From an uncultured bacterium (GTDB lineage Bacteria; Zhuqueibacterota; QNDG01; DTFT01): a stretch of 64,000 bases of DNA. A program made the position numbers and the translations under genes. Where the stretch lies: positions 32,001 to 96,000 of the forward strand of contig CAVTNR010000003.1 of the NCBI GenBank assembly GCA_963736115.1. The letters run 5' to 3'. The notes beneath the pieces were generated by a model that saw only the letters and a program-made list of their open reading frames with translations, ran no database searches and was not told the DNA's origin. Positions 42,056 to 51,800 of this stretch are shown in pieces (within the stretch, counting starts at the first letter, position 1; each line of letters starts with the position of its first letter).

Positions 42056-43390
42056 ATGATAAAACGGATGTTATCCGTCATTCTGATTATGTCCGCGGTT
42101 GCCGCATCCGCGCAGAAAATCACGATCCAGGGCAACCGGTTTTACGAGGGGACGGCGCCGGTTTTTCTGAACGGAGTGAATACGCCCTGGAACAACTGGA
42201 ACGATTTCGGCGGCTCGTACAATCATGACTGGTGGAACGCGGAATTCATCCGCCTCAAGGAGGCGCACGTCAACTGCGTGCGCGTCTGGATTCATTGCGA
42301 CGGCGGCAAGTCGCCATCCACGGACGCGGAGGGAGTGGTGAGCGGAGCGTCGGAGGCATTCTGGACACACATGGACGACCTGATGGATCTCGCGTTTTAT
42401 CATGAGATTTATATTCTGCCAGCCCTCTGGTCGTTCGACATGCCGAAAACAAATGACCGGTATAAAAAAATGCTGGCGGACACGAACAAGGTCCAGTCCT
42501 ACGTCGATCATTTTCTGATCCCCCTGGTGGAGCGTTATGACGGGGCCCCTTACCTGCTGGCATGGGAAATCTGCAATGAACCTGAGTGGATTTTCGAGAA
42601 TCAAGGCGTTCCCCAGGCGCAGGTGGTTCGCATGCATGCCATGATCGCGGCCGCGATACACGAGCACTGCTCCGAGTACGTCACCACCGGTTCGGCCTGC
42701 GTGAAATGGAACGGATCGTGCTCGTCCTGCGTGGGCAATCTGTGGAGCAATGCGAGCCTGAAAAACGCGCATCCCCGCAAATCAGAAAACGCCTTTCTGG
42801 ATTTCTACCAGGTCCACTATTATTCCTGGCAGGATCCCTGGTTTAGCACGCCCATGGCAAGAACGGTATCCGCTTACGGCGTGCCGGACGATCGACCTGT
42901 TCTGCTGGGCGAGATGTCCGCGAAGGGAGACGCGGACCGCTACATCCGGCTTCACGAAAACGGCTTCGACGGCGGTATGGGGTGGACTTCGAATGGCGTG
43001 GACGACAACGGCTCGCTTGCGGATCTGAACCCGGCACTGGCCGCATTCTACGCGGCGTATCCGGATCTCGTGGACGCGACGCAGACAGGCGTGCAATCCG
43101 GAGACGCCGGGCCATCCGGATTCAGGCTCAGGAATTTTCCGAATCCGTTCAATTCCGAAACGGTTTTCTCATTCGAACTGCCTGAAGGCAGAGGCGTGAC
43201 TCTGACCGTTTACACCAGCCAGGGTCTGCCGGTGCGCACCCTGTCGCGCAAAGCACTTCCCGCGGGTCCGGCTTCGCTGAAATGGAACGGCCTGGATGAG
43301 AGCGGCAGGCCGCTGTCTTCGGGCGTTTACCTGTACCGTTTCTCCGCCGGGGACATCGCATCCGGGGGCAGGCTGGTTCTGCTGCGATGA
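42056..43390 (+). CDS. GH5-family glycoside hydrolase (resembles GH5_10 beta-mannanases) with FlgD-Ig/T9SS C-terminal domain
   Basis: FLNGVN.PW...DFG, VRVWIH.DG, WEICNEPE (acid/base), LDFYQVHYY.W, PVLLGE (nucleophile); NFPNPFN...SSGVYLYR...LVLLR. Confidence 0.8.
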   Translation: MIKRMLSVILIMSAVAASAQKITIQGNRFYEGTAPVFLNGVNTPWNNWNDFGGSYNHDWWNAEFIRLKEAHVNCVRVWIHCDGGKSPSTDAEGVVSGASEAFWTHMDDLMDLAFYHEIYILPALWSFDMPKTNDRYKKMLADTNKVQSYVDHFLIPLVERYDGAPYLLAWEICNEPEWIFENQGVPQAQVVRMHAMIAAAIHEHCSEYVTTGSACVKWNGSCSSCVGNLWSNASLKNAHPRKSENAFLDFYQVHYYSWQDPWFSTPMARTVSAYGVPDDRPVLLGEMSAKGDADRYIRLHENGFDGGMGWTSNGVDDNGSLADLNPALAAFYAAYPDLVDATQTGVQSGDAGPSGFRLRNFPNPFNSETVFSFELPEGRGVTLTVYTSQGLPVRTLSRKALPAGPASLKWNGLDESGRPLSSGVYLYRFSAGDIASGGRLVLLR

Positions 43391-43448
43391 TCGAATGCGG
43401 ACCAATCCTGTTCGGATGGTTTCCGGGATAAACGACAAGGACGACTGC

Positions 43449-44390
43449 ATGCGCTTAAAGATAAAAGCAATTTTCGGATGGATGCTGACGGCCTCGATCC
43501 TGTTCGCCGGCCCGATACCCGTTCAGGCCGCGGAAAAGGGCGGTTTGGAGGTTCCCGTGCGGTTCGGCAGGGTGGTTCCTTTAAGCCGTTATATCCGGCT
43601 TATCGCCCGGGGAAAAAGAATCCATCCGGATTCGCTGGCCGCGCTGAGATCCCGGGATGTCCGGGAGCTGAAAGTGGTTTTTCTGCGGGACAGCCTGGAC
43701 GTCAAGGACGGGCCCCAGTATCTGAAAATAACAACGGTCTCGACGGACGTGAACGGCAGGACGCTGGACGACGACACGCAGTACGCGATCACCTTCAGCA
43801 GGCTGGCCGACGCGGAAGCGGACCGGGTCCAACTCGAGCGTTTCGTGGATCAGGTGAATCCCATGGGCTTCTATAATCCGGAATTGATCGAGGGTGTTTC
43901 CGTTCAGGTCGATTCCCTCGGTCCCTGGGGGCATGTTTATGTCCGGGTCGAACCGGAGAACGAACTCGTCAAGTACTACGGCCGGATCCGGAACAGGCTG
44001 GAATACGCCATACGCGTGAGAGGCGGAAGATTCCAGACCGCGTTCACGCTCAGCGTTCCGAAAGTCCTCTACGACACCTGCGACGACGACTCCGTCGAGT
44101 ACGGCAAGACCAGCGCCATGCTCCGCATCAATGCGCTGCGCGGCGAGACCGGAGAGCCCTTTCCGGTCAGTGTGGGCTTCGGCACATTCGGCATGGACTC
44201 TCCGATCGATGTGTCGAGAAAAGGAGGCGGTTTCGCGTTTTCTCTCTATTTCGATGTCATCCAGATGTGCCGGATATTCGACATGAAACTGCCTCCTCGC
44301 GTCAACGCCGGTTTCGACATCTCCCCGTTTTTTCCGATAGATCACAAGGCCCGCATTTTGTTCAGCGCCCGGCTGGGCATCAATCCCTGA
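43449..44390 (+). CDS. Hypothetical exported protein with a beta-strand-rich C-terminus
   Basis: Signal peptide MRLKIK...VQA after an AAGGA RBS; alternating hydrophobic strands at the C-terminus. Confidence 0.65.
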   Translation: MRLKIKAIFGWMLTASILFAGPIPVQAAEKGGLEVPVRFGRVVPLSRYIRLIARGKRIHPDSLAALRSRDVRELKVVFLRDSLDVKDGPQYLKITTVSTDVNGRTLDDDTQYAITFSRLADAEADRVQLERFVDQVNPMGFYNPELIEGVSVQVDSLGPWGHVYVRVEPENELVKYYGRIRNRLEYAIRVRGGRFQTAFTLSVPKVLYDTCDDDSVEYGKTSAMLRINALRGETGEPFPVSVGFGTFGMDSPIDVSRKGGGFAFSLYFDVIQMCRIFDMKLPPRVNAGFDISPFFPIDHKARILFSARLGINP

Positions 44391-44404
44391 AGGAGAATAG
44401 TCCA

Positions 44405-44809
44405 TTGTCAGCTGCTGAAGCACGCATTAGAAAAACCCTGAAGAAGGGCGGTCCTACGACAAAGCCCAAGTCAGGCCGAAGCTCCGCTCATGAAAATGAA
44501 GACGGAACCTATGCCCGGATTTTCAGTGTTGTCCGCCGGATTCCTGCCGGAAAAGTGACGACCTACGGCCGGATCGCGGGTCTTGCCGGATTTCCCGGAC
44601 AGGCCCGGCTGACGGGATACGCCCTGCACAGCCTGAAGGAGGGAACGGATGTGCCGTGGTATCGCGTTTTAAATGTGTCAGGCAGGATCAGTTTTCCGAC
44701 AGGTTCGGACGCGGAGGCGGTTCAGCGGTCCCTGCTTGAGGCGGAAGGCGTTGTTTTTAAAGAAAACGGATCCGTGGATTTGGAACGGTATGGATGGAAG
44801 AAGCGGTGA
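44405..44809 (+). CDS. Alkyltransferase-like (ATL/YbaZ, MGMT family) protein
   Basis: VRRIPAGKVTTYG.IA.LAG.P..AR..G, PWYRV (Trp where active methyltransferases have Cys), Q..LL.AEGV; TTG start after AAGGAG is inferred. Confidence 0.85.
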   Translation: MSAAEARIRKTLKKGGPTTKPKSGRSSAHENEDGTYARIFSVVRRIPAGKVTTYGRIAGLAGFPGQARLTGYALHSLKEGTDVPWYRVLNVSGRISFPTGSDAEAVQRSLLEAEGVVFKENGSVDLERYGWKKR

Positions 44810-44830
44810 TTCGATGATTGAAAACGGAAC

Positions 44831-44854
44831 AAAGGGACCATCAGGTCCTTTTTT
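44831..44854. terminator. Probable bidirectional terminator between convergent ATL and suhB
   Basis: AAAGGGACC-atca-GGTCCTTTTTT. Confidence 0.65.
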
Positions 44855-44855
44855 C

Positions 44856-44879
44856 GTAGGGGCGCCGCGTCGCCCCTAC
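44856..44879. repeat. GTAG-family REP-like palindrome
   Basis: GTAGGGGCG-ccgcgt-CGCCCCTAC; related copies at 61488-61517 and 63165-63186. Confidence 0.65.
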
Positions 44880-44895
44880 ACATGTGGGACTTTTT

Positions 44896-45699
44896 TTACT
44901 CCACTCCCTTCAAGTGTTTTTTCACGATCCTCAGCATCTGCGGAAACACAGCCGTATTCGCAGACACGATGTTTCCTGTCTCCATGAAGTTCTGACCTCC
45001 CCTGAAATCCGACACAATTCCCCCGGCCTCACGTACGATCAGCACGCCCGCGGCCACGTCCCAAGGCTTCAGTTTCATCTCCCAGAAACCGTCATACCGG
45101 CCGCAGGCCGTATAAGCCAGGTCTATGGCTGCTGACCCCATGCGGCGTATGCCAGCGGATGCGTCGAAAATTTCCTCGAATGAGTCCAGATAGGGCCGCA
45201 GATACCGCTTGGAACGCCAGGGAAACCCGGACGCGAAGAAGCATTCGGACAGGCTTTTTTTGTCGGACACGCTGATCCGCGACCGGTTCCTGAAGGCGCC
45301 GCCCCCTTTGACTGCCCAGAACATCTCGTTATGAACCGGATCAAACACCACGCCCGCCACTGTTTCCCTGTCCACCGCAGCGGCAATGGACACGGAAAAA
45401 ACCGGAATGCCGTGCACGTAATTCGTGGTGCCGTCCAGGGGGTCGATGAACCAGCGGATTTCGGAATTGCCGCTGTCGGTGCCGGACTCCTCGGCCTGGA
45501 TGGAGTGATCCGGAAAGGATTTGCGTATGCGGCGTATGATCGCGGCCTCGGACTTGTGGTCGAGATCCGTGACCCAGTCGCCCGAGCCCTTGGTCCGGAT
45601 CTGGCTTTTTTTCAAGCCGCGGAAGCCACGGAGTATGATACTGCCCCCGATGAGAGCGGCGTCTTTGGCTGTGGAGAGAAGGTTGTCATGTTTCGTCAA
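44896..45699 (-). CDS. suhB: Inositol monophosphatase family protein
   Basis: DWVT..D..SE, EES, WFIDPLDGTTNY.HG, RRMGSAAIDLAY.A.GR.DG.WE, KPWDVAAG. Confidence 0.9.
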   Translation of the reverse strand: MTKHDNLLSTAKDAALIGGSIILRGFRGLKKSQIRTKGSGDWVTDLDHKSEAAIIRRIRKSFPDHSIQAEESGTDSGNSEIRWFIDPLDGTTNYVHGIPVFSVSIAAAVDRETVAGVVFDPVHNEMFWAVKGGGAFRNRSRISVSDKKSLSECFFASGFPWRSKRYLRPYLDSFEEIFDASAGIRRMGSAAIDLAYTACGRYDGFWEMKLKPWDVAAGVLIVREAGGIVSDFRGGQNFMETGNIVSANTAVFPQMLRIVKKHLKGVE

Positions 45700-45773
45700 A
45701 AAAGTGTTCCTCCTGATTCAAATCGGTTATCGCCGTTGACTGGTAGTTCGCAGTTCCATTCTCATTCATCAAA

Positions 45774-45799
45774 TGGATCCCCGCGGTCGCGGGGATGAC
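45774..45799. repeat. GTCA-family REP-like palindrome
   Basis: TGGATCCCCGCG-gt-CGCGGGGATGAC (GTCATCCCCGCG... on the minus strand). Confidence 0.5.
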
Positions 45800-45859
45800 A
45801 TTGAGTATGGTTATGGGGATATACGCCGATTGGCGCAGAGGCTGATGATATCCGCCCGT

Positions 45860-48800
45860 TTACCTGAAATCCCCGGACAGCTCGAACGCTGCCCAGGCGG
45901 ACGGATGGCTGTCCACAGCGTTGCGGACGAGAAGCTGCGCCCTGCGGAGCGCTTCGGCCCTGGAATGACCGGCCCGGACATACCTGTAAAACCGTTTCAT
46001 CAGAACAGCGGAAGCCAGATCATCCACTTTCCACATGCTGGACAGAACGGACGGCGCGCCCGCGGTCATGAAACCCCAGGTGAAGCTTGAAACGCCGTGC
46101 TCGGTTCCGCCTTTTCCGAGACCGGTTTCGCATGCGGATAAAGCCACCAGCCCGCATTTGAGAGACGCGCCGAAAGCGTCCGCTGCGGAAAGACGGCCGT
46201 CATCCACCCCGGAAGGTGACAGGAGCAGGGCCGAGGACAGCGGTTGCTCCGGGACATATGAAGCGTGACAGGCGAAATGCACGACTCCAGTGGCCGCGGC
46301 AGCGTGATCCGAAAAGGTTTTACGTGTGGCGGACAACCCGGAGAAGGCATTCACAGCGCCGAAGGATCTCTTCAGGGAGCGGACCTCCTTGTCCGCGAAC
46401 GGTAGGTTCAGCCGCTCCTCTCCCAGATCGGGGTTGGCGGCCGCGAATACGGATCCCGAAAGCCGGCGGCCGGAAGGGCCGCGATCGGACCGGGCCAGAG
46501 AGAGGCGGAAGGCATCGGCCGACGGTGCGTATGAAATCGACCGGCTGTCGATCAGGGTTTCACCGGCCGCGTTCTGAAGCGCGCCGAAGGGAAGTCCTGC
46601 CAGAACGCCGTGCGGGACTATCACAAGACCGCTGATTCCGGTCAAATCCGCCGTGATCGGATCGATGAGTTTGAGATACAGCGCCTTGGCCTCGATATCG
46701 GGTGAAAGGTTGGATTGGATCGAGGACCGGAATTTTGATATCAAACTTTCCAGTTCCTCGAAAGGCTGATCGACCCGGCGCCAGCGCAATCCTTCCTTAC
46801 GCACCACGCAGATGAAGAGCTCCTTGCGGCCCGTGACGTATTCGATGAGGGCCGTGCTGTCCGGAAGAATCAGCCGTATGTCATCCGGCCGGCATGTTTC
46901 CACTGAAACGATCGAGGCAAGATCCGGATCCGATCGGCGCAGTTCGTCAAGCAGTGCGCGGTGTTCCGATTCGAGGCGGCCGAGTTCCCCGGCAATCGCG
47001 GCCGTTCCGGACAATGAATCCCCGGAATCCGTTTCGACCGCAGGGGAAGAGTCCCGCGCCGGGCGGTTTCGGGCTTCCAGAACAGCCGACTGGGACCGGT
47101 TGATCTTCTCCATCCATCCCCTGCGGCTGCCGGTAAAGAGATCGGAGCGGCCGGACAGGAGTTTCACCACGGGGAAAGCCTTGGCGCGCTCCGCGTAGGC
47201 GAAGGCCTCCTCCGGCCGGCCGGCATCGAGAGACAGGCGTATCGCCTCGTCGTACACGTCCTGCGGTTTTTCAAAATCCCCGAGCCTGAATGATTCCATC
47301 CCCTGGCCGCCGGCCGCATGTTCCGCCGCGTCCACGGCTGTCCGGATCTCCGCGAGCGACTCATCGGCCCGGCCCGACCGGGCGAGCCAAACGGCTCTCT
47401 GGCCGTACATCTGCCAGGCGAGATCCGCTCCGTCCGGGCCCGAGGACTCGGCGATCGCGCTGTCCAGCAGGGCCAGTCCGATACGGATGTCGCCGGAACG
47501 TTCGGTCGCGATGGCGACTCCGTACAGGCTGAGCGCCGCGTTTTTCCGATCCGACATGCCGCGGTACAGTTCAAGGGCCTTTGCGAGCAGAGTTTTCCCC
47601 TCAGCCCACCGGCCCTGCGCCAGAAGCACGCCTCCTATGTTCCGGCGGTCATAGGCGAGCCCGGACTGCAGATTGAGAGCGGAATCGATTTCCATGGCCC
47701 TGGTGAAATAGAAGAGGGCCCTGTCTTTCCGGTCCTCCCGAAGCGCAATCAGTCCCAGGTTTTTCAAGTAAGCCGCGCGATCCTCCTGAAGCCGTGGTTC
47801 GGTTCCGACCGCGTCGAGCGCCCTTTGTTCCGCTATTTTGGCCTGCACGGTATCCCCGAAGCTCAGATGGATGAGCCCCAGAGTGCCGTACGCCATGCCG
47901 ATCCGCTTTTGATCGCCCGAATTCCGGAGCGTGTCGAGAATGCGGTTCTGATGTTCGAGGGCCGTAGCCAGGCTGCCCATTTTCCAATGGACATTCGTCA
48001 GGTATTGCATGCCCTGGACGGTCTGCGGAAACCGGTTCAGCGAACGAAACAGCTCGATTCCTTTTTTCTGCAGGCTGAGAGCCTCGTCGAACCGGGAAAG
48101 CTTTTCGCAGGCAATGCCCAGGAGTTGGACACCGGACGCATGATCGAACCGGAGCCGGTTCTCGGCGCCGGGCCGGTCTTTCAGCGAATCCAGGCCGGCC
48201 ACGCCCGCGGTGAGGAGGGACCGGGCCTCCCAGGTGTCGTCCGCTTCGAGTCTGAACCGGCCTCTGAGCACAAGCGCCCGTGCCAGGCCGGCCAGGTCTC
48301 CGGACGACTGTCTCCGGTCCACCGCTTTTACCATCCATTCATCCGCTTGCCCGTACAGACGCTGGCCCGCGCGTATGAAGGCCATGTCCTCGAAAGCCGT
48401 GAATGCGTCTCCGTTCCGGCTGAGCGAATCCAGAAGCGCAATCTGTCGTTTTTTCGCGGTTGCGGCCGCTTCCGCGTCGCCCGCATTCATGTGAAAAACA
48501 GAGAGATTCCGGAATCCGGAAACCAGTCCGGACGTGTTCGCCGTTCTTTCGGCGCGGCCGAGCAGACGGTTCTGATAGAACACCGCCTTCTGCCAGTTTC
48601 TTCCTCTCATGGAGGAACGGACTATTTCCTGCTCGATTCTGGCGACCCCCACGGAATCGCCCATCATTTCAGTGAGCGACAGCGCTTTCTCGTAAACAAT
48701 GACCGCGTCCGCGTGTTCGGTTTTTTCCTCGAGGCCGCGCGCCTGCAGGACGAAACGCGCCTGATTTTCAGAGGCGAAGGCCGACCTTTCTTCCGAATCC

Positions 48801-51800
48801 ATGCCCGGGAATCCGATGAGACGGAACGCGGAACGGTCGCGGCTCTCGGGGTGCGCCGCCGCCGTGACAACCGCGGCTTTCCGGACCGCGGACGCGAAGG
48901 AAAGCGTGTCCACGGCCGAATAGAAAGCCCGCATGAATGTGCGCCGGATTTCCGGCCGGACCGGCCATGCGGTCCAGACCAGAGAGGGGGCGCCCGCGTA
49001 CAGAAAACCCCAGCTGAAGAGTTCAGGCGACCAGCCGGAATCCGCGGATCCGGACGCCGGAGGCAGAAAAACGCAATTCGCGGTCGCGTCTATCGAGAAG
49101 CATTCCTCGGCCCGGAAATAGCCGTCATCCGAAGAACCCGGCTGGAGAACGATGGAGGATCCCATGGGATCCTCCGGATTGGGCAGTATCCAGGTTGCGA
49201 TGTCTACGAAATCAGCGGATTTCAGCATGGATTTGAATTCCGTCTCAGTCGCGTCAGGTCCGAAGCGGGACGTTTCGGTCAGACCGGCGGACCGGCCCGC
49301 GCCCGCGAGACCACGGTCGGACGACTGGCCGAGCACGGCGCAGGTCCGCTGATTGATCTTTTTACGGTCCGACGCGAGACCGAGAAACGCGAGACTGGGC
49401 GCGTAATCCACGACCGCCCGGGAGACGGCTTCGGATTCCAGGACACGGTCGAAGGCCAGAAACCAGAGGGACTCATCCGGAATGACCGTGATCCGGCCGC
49501 AGGAAGCGAGCATGGGCGAAAAGGGCAGGACGAGCGCGCACAGGAGGCGGCGGGATGCGGAATCGGCCGGAGCGCCGGCCCGCAGGGAATCGGCCCAGGC
49601 CTGTACCGCGGAAGCGGTTAAGCGGCGTCCGAAAGGCAGAACAGCCGCGGCCACGGTGTCCGTAGAAGCGAACCAGGCTGTCGTCCGGTCCGGGCCGGAC
49701 AGATAACAGAGAACCCCCTCTCCCGGGCCCAGAGAAGCGATGCGCGCCTCAGCGTCCGGGGGGAGAGCGCCCGCGAGATAGGCGAGCAGGCCGTCTTCGT
49801 TTTCCAGACTTTGCATCTGGGCCGCGAAATCGGACTCGAGCCTTTTTTCCTCATTTTTCAGGCGTCTCATGTGGGAAGGCCGTGTTTTCAGAGCGGACGC
49901 GGCGAGAATCTCGTTTCTCTTTTCCGAGAGTAAAGCACGCGTGAAGCGGAGATTGCCCCAGGCGATTTTGTGTCTTTCCTTACGGAGATCCGGAGGCCGG
50001 CGCATGAGGATGTCGGCCACGCGTTTCTGCCTTCCGCGCTCCGCAATCCTGAGACCTTCGAGGGCGTTTCCCGAACGAACCAGCGCTTCGGACGCTTTTA
50101 CGTACAGATCACCGCGCGCCTCCCGGTCCATGCGACGGATGTCCGCGGTATTTTCCTCGATGGGGAGCAGTTCCAGCCTGTCCATCGCGGACCGGAAAAG
50201 GATGACGGCCTCGTTGAGCCGGCCGGAATCAGGATCCGCGGAGGCGGAGGCCAGCAGATCCGCCAGGCCGGCCTCGGCGCGCCACAGCATTTCGCCGTCG
50301 CCCAGGCGGATCAGCAATTCCCGGCTTTCGCGCAGTTTCGCTTCCGCTGAGGCGTGTTCCCCCAGGAACCGGTCGAGTTCCGCCGACTGGGCGAGCAGGA
50401 TGGCTCGGGTCCTGCCGTTCTCGCCCGCGAGATCGAGCCCCGCTCGGAACTGACGGTCAGCCTCGGATGTCCACGCGAGAGACTGAAGCGAGAGGCGGAC
50501 GGCCGCTTCAAGTGGAATCCCCTCCGGCTGTGAAGCGCATGTCCGGGAGAGCACCGTATACAGGGTTCCCAGGGTCCCGTGCGCCGAAGCCCGGTCGGAA
50601 GCGGACACGGGCGGATCCCCGGCCGCGGGGGAATGATTCCCGTCGAAACCCTCCAAAGCGGCTTTTAATATGTTTTTCGCGGCTGTAATGTCAGACACGT
50701 CCCCGTTCAGCGAGTACCGGACAACGGCCGCTGTGCCGAGGTTCACGGCATTGGCCCATTGGCCCGGGCCGTCTTTCGCCTTGAGAGAGGCTTCGTACGA
50801 CTCGCTGAAATGCCGCCAGGCGCTGTCATAGGCAGCGGCTTTGAAATGGAGGAGACCCAGCCGGTTGAGGCTGATTCGCTCGCCGAGGCGCTCCTTCCCG
50901 CCGCGGAAGAGTTCGAGACGCTTTTTTTCAGCGGAGATGGAAGGGCCGTACTGATTCAGCGATTCAGCGCTCCGGCTGATGAGACTCAGCACGAAAGCCA
51001 TTTCGTCGGCCGGGGTGAATCCCGCCGCCGAAGCCCTGCCGAGTTCCTCCATTCCCCAGACCGGAACGGAGAATCCGAACAGGCCGAGGCGCAGGTAGTT
51101 TTTATCGGGCTTGCCGGGCGAGATTTTTCGTCCCGCCATCAGGCTTTCCGCTTTCCGCGCAAACCGGAGGGCGTCTTCGGATTCCCCGAGCAGATGATAA
51201 TTGTAGGCGACGTTCCGGTAGTCGAGTTCCAGCCGGTCGAGACGGCCCGCGTTTTCGTCCTTTTGCGCGAGACTCAGATAGAGGGGTACGGCATCCTCGT
51301 ACCGGCCCGAGCGCTGGCGGAGAAGAGCCAAACGTCCCAGGCTGATCAGCGCCGCCTCCTCGCGTCCCATGGCGCTGTAGGTCGCCACCGCGGTTTCAAG
51401 ACACCGGGCGGAGAAATCGAAGTCGTCCATGTAGAGCGCGGCATGACCGGCGCGTTCGTGAAAAGTGGCCTTTTGCTCAAGTCCCGCGAAGACGGTGTCC
51501 AGATCCAGGCGGCGCTTGTAGTGCTGAAGCGCTCGGGTGTACCCGAATTCTCCGAGATGGTAGAAGTTGTTCGCCAGGTTCTGCGTGAGCGCGGTTTCCA
51601 TGGCCGGGTCCGCGCTTTCGTCGTTCAGCTCGATGGCCTCGGTGAGAGCGTCGATCGCTTTTTCCAGGTACCCGGTTTCCGTCCGCTTTTTTCCGAAGGG
51701 AAGGGCGCCGAACAGCCAGGTGGCCGGCGAGACCAGGGTTTTAGCGGCCCGAACCGCGACAGGCTGTTTCCTGGCCCTTTCCCGCTGCTGATGGCTTTCG

